Of a stretch of 64,000 nt of DNA, positions 47,301 to 56,134 are shown in pieces. The translations under genes and the position numbers were made by a program. Origin of the DNA: Gemmatimonadales bacterium (GTDB lineage: Bacteria; Gemmatimonadota; Gemmatimonadetes; Gemmatimonadales; GWC2-71-9); NCBI GenBank assembly GCA_038253515.1, contig JBBSHB010000001.1:28220-92219 (forward strand). The letters are read 5' to 3'. Every line of letters starts with the position of its first letter. Position 1 is the first letter of the stretch. The notes beneath the pieces are model-generated. The model was not told the origin of the DNA and ran no database searches. It was given only the letters and a program-made list of their open reading frames with translations.

Positions 47301-49370
47301 ATGAGCCAGCCCCTGAGCGCGAGCACTCCGCCTGACCAGAGCCCGACCGCACCGTCGGTCGCGATGCTGTCCCGGGAGCTTGCCGACTTCCTGGTCGAAT
47401 TTTCGATCGTCCTGCACAAGCGGGCCATGTACCCCCTCGGCCACCCCCACCTGCAGGAGTCGGCCTCCCGGTTCGTCGACCGGATGGAGACCTTCCTGCA
47501 GCTGCGCGAAACGCTGGCCGTGGGCGTCGCCCGCCATCAGCTCATCCTCGGAGGTGTTGCGACCGATCCGCGGAACGCGCTGCTCAGCGATCTCGCCCGG
47601 CGCCTCCACCGACATCGAATCGCGAACATCCGTTTCGAGCGCGGGATCGGCCTCGCTGAGATCGATGCGCTGCTGGGCGAGCTCAGCGCCGATCCACAGT
47701 TGGGCGACGGTCCCCTGGGCTTGAGACCGGCCGCTTGGGCCCATTGGACTCACCTACAGATCCACCCACCCGACCTCAACCGGTTGTTGCTCGATGACGA
47801 CGCCGGGGTCGCCGGGGAGGCCGGGAACAGCGAACGCGAGCTCTGGCAGGGCCTCGCCAACCTTGCTATGTCGGCGGATTCGGATGCGTCCGCCGGCCAG
47901 CAGGATCCACTTCTGGTGGCCCGGGCCATTGACGGTCAGAGCGGCCAGGTGGCATACGACCGGGTGGTCCTCGACTACTTAGGCCAGATGAACGAGGAGA
48001 TGTCGGGTCGTCACGGTGCCTGGGAGCCGCGCGTCCGCGAACGGGTCTCCCGCCTCGTCGTCTCGCTCAAGCCGGACACCCTGCGCCGAGTACTTGAAGC
48101 GGGCGCCGATCACGCGGAGCGCCAGCGGTTCGCGCTCACCGCCGCCGAGGTGCTGTCGGTGGATGCAGTGGTCGAGGTGGTCGAGGCGGCCGCGAAGACC
48201 ACAGGGCAGACGATCTCACATCATCTGCTGCGACTGCTCCACAAGTTCGCTCACCATGCCGAGCACGGAGCGCCGGACACCAGGGGCGAAGCGGAGGCGA
48301 CTCTCCGGAACAACGTAGCGCGGCTCGTCGCGGACTGGGAGCTGGAGGACCCAAGCCCATCCGACTACACCGCAGTCCTCGACGGGATGTCGCGGCAGAG
48401 TCCCGCGGATCCGGGATCCGACTCGGAGTCCATGGCGTGCGACCCCGAAACCGTCCTGCAGATTGCGCTGGAGACCGGGAGCCTGGGTCCCCACGTCTAC
48501 GACGCCCTCGACGTGATGGTCGAAAACCGGCAGCTGGCCCGCGTGGCGGAACTCCTCGAGGGCGCCCCGATCCCGGAGACCAGCGACGCGCTCTGGCGCC
48601 ATGTCGCGACCGCGGCCCGGTTCCGCGCCGAGCTCGCCGCGCGGCCGATCGACTACCGCGCCGTCGAGGGGCTCGCCAAACGCCTCGGCGCGCCGGTCGT
48701 CGATCCACTCCTCGACCTCCTCGAATCATCCACGGATCGCGCCACCAGATCCCGCGTGCTGCGGATTCTCAGCGGGATCGGGCCGGCGGCGGCCGGGCCG
48801 GCGGCCCAGCGGCTGCCAACCGCCTCCTGGTACATCCAGCGCAACATGCTGACGCTGCTCCGGCGGCTCCGCACCTGGCCGCCGGGATTCTCGGCGGTAC
48901 CTTACGCGCGCCACTCCGACGTGCGGGTGCGACGGGAGGCGTACAAGCTGCTGCTGGAATTTCCGCTCCAGCGAGCCTCAGCCACAGTTCACGGCCTTAA
49001 GGACACCGACGACGATGTCGTGGCGTTGGTGCTTCGGGCCTGCATGGACTCGTGCCCCGGCGAAGCGCTTCACGCGATCGAGCGGTTCATCGCGGACGGC
49101 CGTCGGACGCCGGAGCTGCGGGCGCTCGCGGTGCGGGTGTTGGCCCGGCACAGCGGGCCTGACGCCCTGCCCCACTTCCTGAAGCTCGCCGGCACTCGGC
49201 GGGCACTCTTCGGGTGGCGTCTCGAGCCCAAATCGCCGGTGGCCCTCGCCGCATTGGCCGCGCTGGCCAAATATTGGACCTGGCATCCGCAGGCAGCTGG
49301 CCTCCTCGCCCACGCGCGGGAGCACGCCGATCACGATATCCGGGTCGCGGCCCAGATGCGCTACGCATGA
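47301..49370 (+). CDS. HEAT-repeat protein with an N-terminal domain paralogous to the downstream HD-GYP protein
   Basis: ORF 47256..49370. Start ambiguous (47256, ATG 47301 or ATG 47364). The N-terminus FLVEFSIVLHKRAMYPLGHPH.. parallels FLISLSQGLSTLALYGDGHPA.. of the next gene. C-terminal HEAT-like repeats (RVLRILSGIGPAA.., DVRVRREAYKLL.., DDDVVALVLRACM..). Confidence 0.6.
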   Translation: MSQPLSASTPPDQSPTAPSVAMLSRELADFLVEFSIVLHKRAMYPLGHPHLQESASRFVDRMETFLQLRETLAVGVARHQLILGGVATDPRNALLSDLARRLHRHRIANIRFERGIGLAEIDALLGELSADPQLGDGPLGLRPAAWAHWTHLQIHPPDLNRLLLDDDAGVAGEAGNSERELWQGLANLAMSADSDASAGQQDPLLVARAIDGQSGQVAYDRVVLDYLGQMNEEMSGRHGAWEPRVRERVSRLVVSLKPDTLRRVLEAGADHAERQRFALTAAEVLSVDAVVEVVEAAAKTTGQTISHHLLRLLHKFAHHAEHGAPDTRGEAEATLRNNVARLVADWELEDPSPSDYTAVLDGMSRQSPADPGSDSESMACDPETVLQIALETGSLGPHVYDALDVMVENRQLARVAELLEGAPIPETSDALWRHVATAARFRAELAARPIDYRAVEGLAKRLGAPVVDPLLDLLESSTDRATRSRVLRILSGIGPAAAGPAAQRLPTASWYIQRNMLTLLRRLRTWPPGFSAVPYARHSDVRVRREAYKLLLEFPLQRASATVHGLKDTDDDVVALVLRACMDSCPGEALHAIERFIADGRRTPELRALAVRVLARHSGPDALPHFLKLAGTRRALFGWRLEPKSPVALAALAALAKYWTWHPQAAGLLAHAREHADHDIRVAAQMRYA

Positions 49371-50521
49371 GCGAGCCGGTCCGGTTCCTCATATCGCTCT
49401 CCCAGGGGCTCTCGACGCTGGCTTTGTACGGCGACGGTCACCCCGCGACCGCCCGCGCCGCGGGAGCCGCCCACCGCCATCTCGCCGACCTCCAGGACGC
49501 GCTGCCACGCCTTCAGTTCACCTTCCTTCCTGGTGAGGTGCTATTCGGCCAAGAGCTGCTCCCCGAGCTGGAGAATTGGGAGTGGAGCGCTCGGCTCGCC
49601 CAGGGCGGCATCGAGCGCCTCGAGGTCACCGGTCCGGTAGACCCCGACCAGTTCGAGCGGTTTCTCTCACATGCGGCAGCGATTCTGGGGCTCCGGCCGG
49701 GCGCCGGCGTGGACCTCTGGCAGGCTGGTCCCACCAGCCCGATTCGCTTCGGCCGGGTGCGGGTGGAGGGGGTCCGCATCGAGGCGACCATAGCACCTCT
49801 GACGATCGCAACCCTGGGGTATTCCCTGCGCGAGGAGCAGGACGCGATGGGATGGGTGCATCAGGAAGTGGCGTCCAGCAACCAGCTTCCTGTGGCGGAG
49901 GCCTACGGGGTGGTGCGTTCGCTCTCGCTGGCGATGCACGGTGGCCGCGCCATGGTGCTTCCGCTGCTCCAGCTCAAGGAGTTCGATCAGTACACCACGA
50001 CCCACTCGATCAATGTGTCGGTGCTGACCATGGCCCTGGCAGAATTCCTCGGTCTAGGCCCATCCGCCGTTCGGGCCTTCGGCCTCGCCGGGCTGCTCCA
50101 CGATCTGGGGAAGACCAAAATTCCACAAGAGATTCTCACTAAGCCGGGTAAGCTCACGCCAGCGGAGCGGTTGGTGGTGGAGGCTCACCCGGCCGATGGG
50201 GCGCGAATGATCCTCGAGGGCAAGGAGCCGATGAACCTGGCGGCCGCCGTGGCCTACGAGCACCATCGCTGCCACGACGGGACTGGCTACCCCCACCTCC
50301 ACTACCCGCGGAAGGCGCATCAGGCGAGCCGTCTGGTCCACGTGTGCGACGTGTACGACGCGCTGCGTACCCGGCGGCCGTACCGCGAGGCCTGGTCGTC
50401 CGAGGAGGCACTCGAATACATCGCCGGCCGTGTGGGTACCGAGTTTGACCCAGCCATGGCGGCCTCCTTCATCGAAATGATGCGCCGCTGGGACGATCGA
50501 ATCGAGCTGCAGTCGGCGTAA
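49367..50521 (+). CDS. HD-GYP domain protein (putative c-di-GMP phosphodiesterase)
   Basis: ORF 49214..50521 trimmed to ATG 49367, overlapping the upstream stop (ATGA). HSINVS, LLHDLGK, EAHP and HHRCHDGTGYP (HD-GYP) motifs; 384 aa. Confidence 0.85.
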   Translation: MSEPVRFLISLSQGLSTLALYGDGHPATARAAGAAHRHLADLQDALPRLQFTFLPGEVLFGQELLPELENWEWSARLAQGGIERLEVTGPVDPDQFERFLSHAAAILGLRPGAGVDLWQAGPTSPIRFGRVRVEGVRIEATIAPLTIATLGYSLREEQDAMGWVHQEVASSNQLPVAEAYGVVRSLSLAMHGGRAMVLPLLQLKEFDQYTTTHSINVSVLTMALAEFLGLGPSAVRAFGLAGLLHDLGKTKIPQEILTKPGKLTPAERLVVEAHPADGARMILEGKEPMNLAAAVAYEHHRCHDGTGYPHLHYPRKAHQASRLVHVCDVYDALRTRRPYREAWSSEEALEYIAGRVGTEFDPAMAASFIEMMRRWDDRIELQSA

Positions 50522-50542
50522 GTCAAGGCTCACGAGAGCTGG

Positions 50543-51565
50543 TCAGGCGACGGGGTGCACGCCGGTGCCGCGCCGGCTTCGCCGTGAGGCCAAGAGGTGG
50601 CGGATGATCAGCTCCCCGTGCCCCCGCGAATTCTCGATGAAGAGACGGTTCGCGTCGTTCCCGCTCGCGATCACCCCCGCCAGGTAGCACCCTTCCACCG
50701 GAGTCGCCATCGACTCGTTGTCGTGTGTGGCAATGCCGGTATCCGGATCGACCGGCACGCCGAGCCGGCGGACCAGGGAGGTGTCGGCGTGATAGCCGGT
50801 CATGGCGAGCACCGCGTCGGCCGCGATCCGCTCCACTTCCCCGGTCTCGTCCGAGACGACCTCCACGTCGATCGGGGTGACGGCCCGGACCCGTGACCGC
50901 CAGCGCACCCCGATGCTCCCCTCCTTCACCCGGTTCACGATGTCCGGGAGCACCCACGCCTTGACGGTGCGGTCGAAGCCGTCGCCGAAGTGCACCAGCG
51001 TCACCGTCGCCCCCGCCCGCCAGCACTCCAGCGCCGCGTCGACGCTGCTGTTCCCCGCCCCGATCACCACCACACGCCGATGCCAGTAGGGATGTCCCTC
51101 GGTGAAGTAGTGGGCGACGTGGGGCAGCTCCTCGCCGGGGAGGCGGAGGAAGTTGGGGTTGTCGTAGTATCCGGTGGCGAACACCACCGCGTCCGCCCGA
51201 TAGGAGACCCGGTCGTGCGGCCGGCGGACGTCGACGCGGAATCCGCCCTCCGGCTCCCGCGTCACGTCCACCACTTCCTCGCCCGGCCGCACGTCGAGGC
51301 CGAAGTGCTCCGCCACCCGGCGGTAGTAGAGCAGCCCGTCGTGCCGGGTCGGCTTCTCATGGCTCGCGATGAAGGGGATTCCGCCGATCTCGATCCGCTC
51401 CGGAGTGGAGAAGAAGGTCATGCTGAGCGGGTAGCGCTCGATGGTCGAGACGATGGTGCGCCGGTCGAGCAGCACGCATGACAGGTCGGCCTGCCTGGCC
51501 GCGATGCCCACCGTGAGGCCGATTGGCCCGGCACCGATGACGAGGAGATCGATCGATTCGCTCAT
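50543..51565 (-). CDS. ypdA: YpdA-family FAD-dependent (putative bacillithiol) disulfide reductase
   Basis: LLVIGAGPIGLTVG..IVSTIERYPLSMTFFSTPERIEIGGIPF..KPTRHDGLLYYRRVAEHF closely parallels my recollection of the B. subtilis YpdA N-terminus. Second GxGxS site VIGAGNSSVD. ATG overlaps the purA stop (ATGA). Confidence 0.75.
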   Translation of the reverse strand: MSESIDLLVIGAGPIGLTVGIAARQADLSCVLLDRRTIVSTIERYPLSMTFFSTPERIEIGGIPFIASHEKPTRHDGLLYYRRVAEHFGLDVRPGEEVVDVTREPEGGFRVDVRRPHDRVSYRADAVVFATGYYDNPNFLRLPGEELPHVAHYFTEGHPYWHRRVVVIGAGNSSVDAALECWRAGATVTLVHFGDGFDRTVKAWVLPDIVNRVKEGSIGVRWRSRVRAVTPIDVEVVSDETGEVERIAADAVLAMTGYHADTSLVRRLGVPVDPDTGIATHDNESMATPVEGCYLAGVIASGNDANRLFIENSRGHGELIIRHLLASRRSRRGTGVHPVA

Positions 51566-52842
51566 ACCTCGATGATCTGATCGCGGCGGGTGCCGACACT
51601 CACGTACCGGACCGGGACGTCGATGAGGGCCTGCAGTCGGTCCAGATACGCCCGGGCCGCCGACGGCAGGTCGGCGAGGCGTCTCGCGTTACCGGTAGGC
51701 TGCCGCCAGCCGGGCTGCACTTCGTAGATCGGCTGCACTCGCCCGAGCGCCTCCACCTCCGCTGGCATCTCTCCGCAGCTGGCTCCGTCCAGGCGGTAGG
51801 CGCTGCAGATCGGGACCTCGGCGAAGGAGTCCAGAACATCCAGCTTGGTGACGGCGAGCCCGGTCAATCCGTTCACCCGGGCGGCGTAGCGGACCACGGT
51901 GGCGTCGAACCAGCCGCAGCGGCGAGGCCGTCCGGTGACTGCCCCAAACTCCCCGCCCAGCTCCCGCAGCCGCTCGCCGAACGGCGGCTCGGCCTCGGTG
52001 GGCAGCGGTCCATTCCCCACTCGCGTGGTATACGCCTTGACCACCCCCAGCACCCCGTCGATGGCGGTGGGCCCGATCCCCGCCCCGACGGCCGCACCGC
52101 CGGCAGTGGTGTTGGAGGAGGTGACGAACGGGTAGGTGCCATGATCGACGTCGAGCAGCGCGCCCTGTGCGCCTTCGAGCAGCACCCGGCGTCCCGCGCG
52201 GACCGCGCGATGCACCAGCAGGCCGGTGTCGGCCGTGAGCGGGAGCAGCCGGGGAGCCAGCCGATCGAGCAACTCGACGTGCTGGTCGAGCGAGGCGCGC
52301 TCGCTGCTGCCCATCATCTCCAGCAGGCGGTTGGCGCGGCCGACACGGTCGGCCAGCATCGTGCGGGCGCACTCCAGCCGCCGGAGGTCGGTGAGCCGTA
52401 TTCCCCTGCGCCCGTACTTGTCCTCGTACGCCGGGCCGATGCCTCGGCCGGTGGTCCCCAGCTTCTGGCTCTTCTCGCTGGCCGCATCCAGGAGCTTGTG
52501 ATAGGGGAGCACCAGGTGGGCCCGATCGGAGACGAAGAACCGACTCGTGGTGTCGATCCCCCTCGCCGCCAACTGGTCGAGCTCGCCGAACAGCGTCTCC
52601 GGATCGAGCACCACCCCGTTGCCGACGATGCAGGTGACGTTCGGGTGGAGGATGCCCGAGGGGATCTGTCGCAGGATGAACTGCGAATCGCCAATGACCA
52701 CCGTGTGGCCGGCGTTGGCGCCGCCCTGGTAGCGGACGACCAGCTCGGCCTGCTCGGCCAGCACGTCGACCAGCTTGCCCTTGCCCTCGTCGCCCCACTG
52801 GGCACCGACGACCACCATGCAGGTGGTCTTCGCGTCGAACAT
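51562..52842 (-). CDS. purA: adenylosuccinate synthase
   Basis: ORF 51562..54189 trimmed to ATG 52842 (MFDAKTTCMVVVGAQWGDEGKGKLVD..). GGANAGHTV, TTGRGIGPAYEDK and GAVTGRPRRCGW motifs; 426 aa. Confidence 0.95.
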   Translation of the reverse strand: MFDAKTTCMVVVGAQWGDEGKGKLVDVLAEQAELVVRYQGGANAGHTVVIGDSQFILRQIPSGILHPNVTCIVGNGVVLDPETLFGELDQLAARGIDTTSRFFVSDRAHLVLPYHKLLDAASEKSQKLGTTGRGIGPAYEDKYGRRGIRLTDLRRLECARTMLADRVGRANRLLEMMGSSERASLDQHVELLDRLAPRLLPLTADTGLLVHRAVRAGRRVLLEGAQGALLDVDHGTYPFVTSSNTTAGGAAVGAGIGPTAIDGVLGVVKAYTTRVGNGPLPTEAEPPFGERLRELGGEFGAVTGRPRRCGWFDATVVRYAARVNGLTGLAVTKLDVLDSFAEVPICSAYRLDGASCGEMPAEVEALGRVQPIYEVQPGWRQPTGNARRLADLPSAARAYLDRLQALIDVPVRYVSVGTRRDQIIEV

Positions 52843-52866
52843 GCGGCATCTCCCGATAGACCAATG

Positions 52867-52888
52867 AAAAGAGCCCCTCGCGGGGCTC
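52867..52888 (-). terminator. rho-independent terminator after the M28 peptidase gene
   Basis: Minus strand: GAGCCCC-GCGA-GGGGCTC followed by TTTTCATTGG. It lies 41 nt after the M28 stop and only about 25 nt before the purA ATG. Confidence 0.6.
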
Positions 52889-52928
52889 CAGCATCCTCGA
52901 CGAAACCTATGCACTGGAGAGCCAAACG

Positions 52929-54008
52929 TCAATTCGAGCCGAGGGCACGCCCGATCCGCTCCGCCGCAGCGAGCGAGAGGTCGTCGGGCGTATCCCGCGC
53001 CGTGTGAATCCGCCGGAGGGTGCGCCAGGTGAGCCGCCCCACCGTGAGCGCCGGCACTCCCGCCCGGGCGAGCGGCAGGCTGTCCACCAGAATGCCGAGC
53101 GGCAGGCGCCGCCGCCGGGGCGCGAGCCCGGCGGCCTCGAGCCGGGCGGCCTCGACTTGGGCCAGCGCGTCCCCGCGGGCGTCGTGGCTCACCAGATAGA
53201 GCTCGCCCTCCTGGTCGATCGTGTCCAGGTTCACCACCGTCGACCCCCGCAGTCGCTCGGAGGAGAGCCGGGCGAACATCCGCGCGCCCACCAGGCCGAA
53301 CTCTTCCGCGCCGGTGATGAGCACACCGGTCTCCGGGTCCCGCGAGGCCTCGGCGGCCGCCAGGGCGGCGAGGACACCGCTGCCGTTGTCCCGAGCGCCC
53401 TGCGAGGTGCCGCGGAGTCGTCCTCCACCTGCCAAGGCCCCCGCCAGCAGCGCCAGCAGCGCGCCCACCGCGACGAGAGGCAGCGGTACGGCCCCTTGGA
53501 GTCGGAGCGCCGCCAGCGCGCTGAGCGCGGCCACCGCCGTGGCGATCACCCAGACGGCCACCAGACGCCCCGCCATCGAGTGTCCCTGTGCCTTGGTGTC
53601 GAGATGCGCGACGATCCAGCGCCGAATCGGCCCGTCGCCGCGGGTGGCGATGAGGTTGGCGTCTTCCCGGAGCGCTGCCCCGAGGGTGATCCAGCCGGCG
53701 CCGATCCCGAACGCGAGCAGCACCAGGCTGGCGAGACCGGTCACCCAGAGCAGCAGCGCTCCCCAGGCGGGAGCGCCCGGAAAGGACAGGAGCGGCAGGA
53801 GCAGCAGCGCCAACCCGCCGAGCCCCGCGCCGAACACGGGCAAGGCATTGAGGCTTGCTGGAGCGAAGCTGAATCGTTGGACCGAGACCCGATACCCGAG
53901 TCCGGATAGGTGGGCCGTCACCGCCTCCCGGGCTTCCACTCCGGCGGCCGTGCCGGCCTCGCGCGGCAGACTCAGCACCAGCGCCATGGTCTGCTCCAGG
54001 CTCGGCAT
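52929..54008 (-). CDS. M28-family metallopeptidase with inserted transmembrane segments
   Basis: ORF 52929..55655 trimmed to ATG 54008 (MPSLEQTMALVLSL..). IVAHLDTK, ARDNGSGVLAALAAAE and ITGAEEFGLVGARMF M28 motifs are interrupted by several long hydrophobic stretches; 359 aa. Confidence 0.7.
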   Translation of the reverse strand: MPSLEQTMALVLSLPREAGTAAGVEAREAVTAHLSGLGYRVSVQRFSFAPASLNALPVFGAGLGGLALLLLPLLSFPGAPAWGALLLWVTGLASLVLLAFGIGAGWITLGAALREDANLIATRGDGPIRRWIVAHLDTKAQGHSMAGRLVAVWVIATAVAALSALAALRLQGAVPLPLVAVGALLALLAGALAGGGRLRGTSQGARDNGSGVLAALAAAEASRDPETGVLITGAEEFGLVGARMFARLSSERLRGSTVVNLDTIDQEGELYLVSHDARGDALAQVEAARLEAAGLAPRRRRLPLGILVDSLPLARAGVPALTVGRLTWRTLRRIHTARDTPDDLSLAAAERIGRALGSN

Positions 54009-54019
54009 AGGAGCGTGGA

Positions 54020-55111
54020 TCAGCCGGACGCCTGCTTCGAGCCTTTCTTGCCGGACCCCCCGCCGCCAGTGCCCGGCAAGCCGGCGAGGGCCACCGCCGC
54101 CTTGGAGGTTTCCTGCGTGATGAGGCCGGCCTCGACCAGCTCCGCGAGATGCTGCTCGTAGGTCTGGGTGCCGAACTGCTTCTTGCCATCGGCCATGTGG
54201 CGCCGGAGCTCGGTGGTGCGTGCGGGGAAACTGAGGCATTCCCGGACGGCGGGGGTGGTGATCAGCACCTCGACCGCGGGGACCCGACCGTGGTCGCCCT
54301 TCTGGGGCAGGAGCTGCTGGGAGATCACGGCGCGCAACGCCTCGGAGAAGCGCATCCGCCCGATGTCCCGCTGCTCGGCCGGCAGGGTCGCATGCACCCG
54401 CTCGATGGTCGCGACGACGTCCGGAGTCGGCAGGGATGCGATGACCAGGTGGCCCCGCTCGGCCGCCTTGACCGCGATGTCGATGGTCTCCGCATCCGCC
54501 ATCTCGCCGAGGACCACGACGTCGGGGTCCTGCCGGAGTGCCGCGCGAAGGCCGATGGCGAGGCTGTCGGTATCGACGCCGACCTCCCGCTGGGTGATCG
54601 AGCAGCTCAGATCGCGGTGCAGGAACTCGATCGGATTCTCGATGGTGATCACGTGCTTGTGCATGGTGCTGTTGATGTGGTGCAGCATGGCGGCGACGGT
54701 CGAGCTCTTCCCGCTTCCGCTCACGCCGGTCACCAGCACCAGTCCCCGCTCCGAGTCGGCCACCGTCTTGAGCACCTCGGGCAGCCGGAGCGACTCGATG
54801 GTCGGCACGGTGAAGGGGATCACCCGCATCACGATCATGAAGGACGAGCGCTGACGCAGCACGTTCACCCGGAACCGGCCCACACCCGGCATCCCCCAGG
54901 AACAGTCGAAGTCGCGCAACCGGTCGAGCTGGGCCCGGTCGTGATCGCCGCTGATCAGCTTGAGGGCGATCGCCTTGGTCTGGTCGGGCGTCAGTCGTTG
55001 CTTGGTGAGCGGCACCAGCTTGCCGTTGATCCGCGCCCGGAAGACGTCGCCGGCCTTGATGTGCAGGTCGGACGCGCCGCGCTCGACCGCCGCCTTGATG
55101 ATCTTTTCCAT
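54020..55111 (-). CDS. pilT: PilT-family type IV pilus retraction ATPase
   Basis: ASDLHIKAG, Walker A VTGVSGSGKSST, VVLGEM (Walker B region) and HLVIASL motifs; 363 aa. No other pilus genes in the window. Confidence 0.8.
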   Translation of the reverse strand: MEKIIKAAVERGASDLHIKAGDVFRARINGKLVPLTKQRLTPDQTKAIALKLISGDHDRAQLDRLRDFDCSWGMPGVGRFRVNVLRQRSSFMIVMRVIPFTVPTIESLRLPEVLKTVADSERGLVLVTGVSGSGKSSTVAAMLHHINSTMHKHVITIENPIEFLHRDLSCSITQREVGVDTDSLAIGLRAALRQDPDVVVLGEMADAETIDIAVKAAERGHLVIASLPTPDVVATIERVHATLPAEQRDIGRMRFSEALRAVISQQLLPQKGDHGRVPAVEVLITTPAVRECLSFPARTTELRRHMADGKKQFGTQTYEQHLAELVEAGLITQETSKAAVALAGLPGTGGGGSGKKGSKQASG

Positions 55112-55120
55112 GGAGCGCCG

Positions 55121-56134
55121 TCAGTTCGAAAAGTGAGAGGACCGGCAGTCGGCCGGCAGGAATCCCATCCGCTCGCGGACTTCCCCCATCGTCTCCGCGG
55201 CGATCCGCCGGGCCGCTGCCGCGCCGTCGCCCAGGATCTGGTCCACCCGCTCCGGTTGGGCCTGCAGCTCGAGCGCGCGCTCCCGGATGGGCGCGAGGGT
55301 CCGGATGATGTTGTCGGCCAGGACGCGCTTGCAGTCGAGGCACCCCCACTTGGCGCCCCGGCAATTCTCGGCCACCAGCGCCACCGTGTCGGGCGGTGAG
55401 AAGTACTGGTGGAGGTGGTAGATGTTGCAGACGTCGGGATTGCCCGGGTCCCGTCTGGTGACCCGCGCCGGATCGGTCTTGGCGGGCCTGAGCTTGGCCC
55501 AGATCTCCTCCGGCGTGTCGAGCAGGCCGATGGTGTTCCCCAGGCTCTTCGACATCTTGGCCTGGCCGTCCAGTCCGACGATCCGCTTGGCCTCGGTGAG
55601 GAGCGGCTTGGGCTCCGGAAAATAGTCCTCGCTGCCGGCGAACTCCGCGTTCCATTTGCGGGCGATCTCCCGGGTGAGCTCCAGATGCTGGGTCTGGTCC
55701 TCGCCGACCGGGACGAGATCCGCGCGGTAGAGCAGGATGTCCGCCGCCATCAGGATGGGATAATTCAGCAACCCCGCCGGGACACTTTCCACGCGCTGAG
55801 ACTTATCTTTGAACTGCGTCATCCGCTCGAGCTCGCCGATCGGCGTGATGGTGTTGAGCAGCCACTGCAGCTCCGAGTGCTCCGGCACGTGCGATTGGAC
55901 GAACAGGATGACGCGTGCCGGATCGATGCCCGACGCCAGCAGCCCGACGGCCATCTCCCGCGTCCGCTGGGCGAGTGTGGCCTGCTCGTACTTTCCGGTG
56001 ATCGCGTGCAGGTCTACGACGCAGTAGATGCAGTCGTAGCTGAGCTGGAGGGTCACCCAATTCTGGACCGCACCGAGCCAGTTGCCGATATGCAGCTCGC
56101 CGGACGGTTGAATCCCCGAGAATATCCGTGGCAT
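55121..56134 (-). CDS. trpS: tryptophan--tRNA ligase
   Basis: GIQPSGELHIGNWLG (HIGH-type) and KMSKS motifs. The track start 56137 is a GTG directly followed by ATG 56134. Confidence 0.95.
   Translation of the reverse strand: MPRIFSGIQPSGELHIGNWLGAVQNWVTLQLSYDCIYCVVDLHAITGKYEQATLAQRTREMAVGLLASGIDPARVILFVQSHVPEHSELQWLLNTITPIGELERMTQFKDKSQRVESVPAGLLNYPILMAADILLYRADLVPVGEDQTQHLELTREIARKWNAEFAGSEDYFPEPKPLLTEAKRIVGLDGQAKMSKSLGNTIGLLDTPEEIWAKLRPAKTDPARVTRRDPGNPDVCNIYHLHQYFSPPDTVALVAENCRGAKWGCLDCKRVLADNIIRTLAPIRERALELQAQPERVDQILGDGAAAARRIAAETMGEVRERMGFLPADCRSSHFSN

Noticed and set aside
47169-47753. 194-aa minus-strand ORF and small plus-strand ORFs (46839..47237, 47080..47283) in the glyQS upstream gap.
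   Set aside because: No motifs, no SD or coupling signals, and one overlaps the well-formed HEAT-repeat gene start antisense. They are treated as noise.
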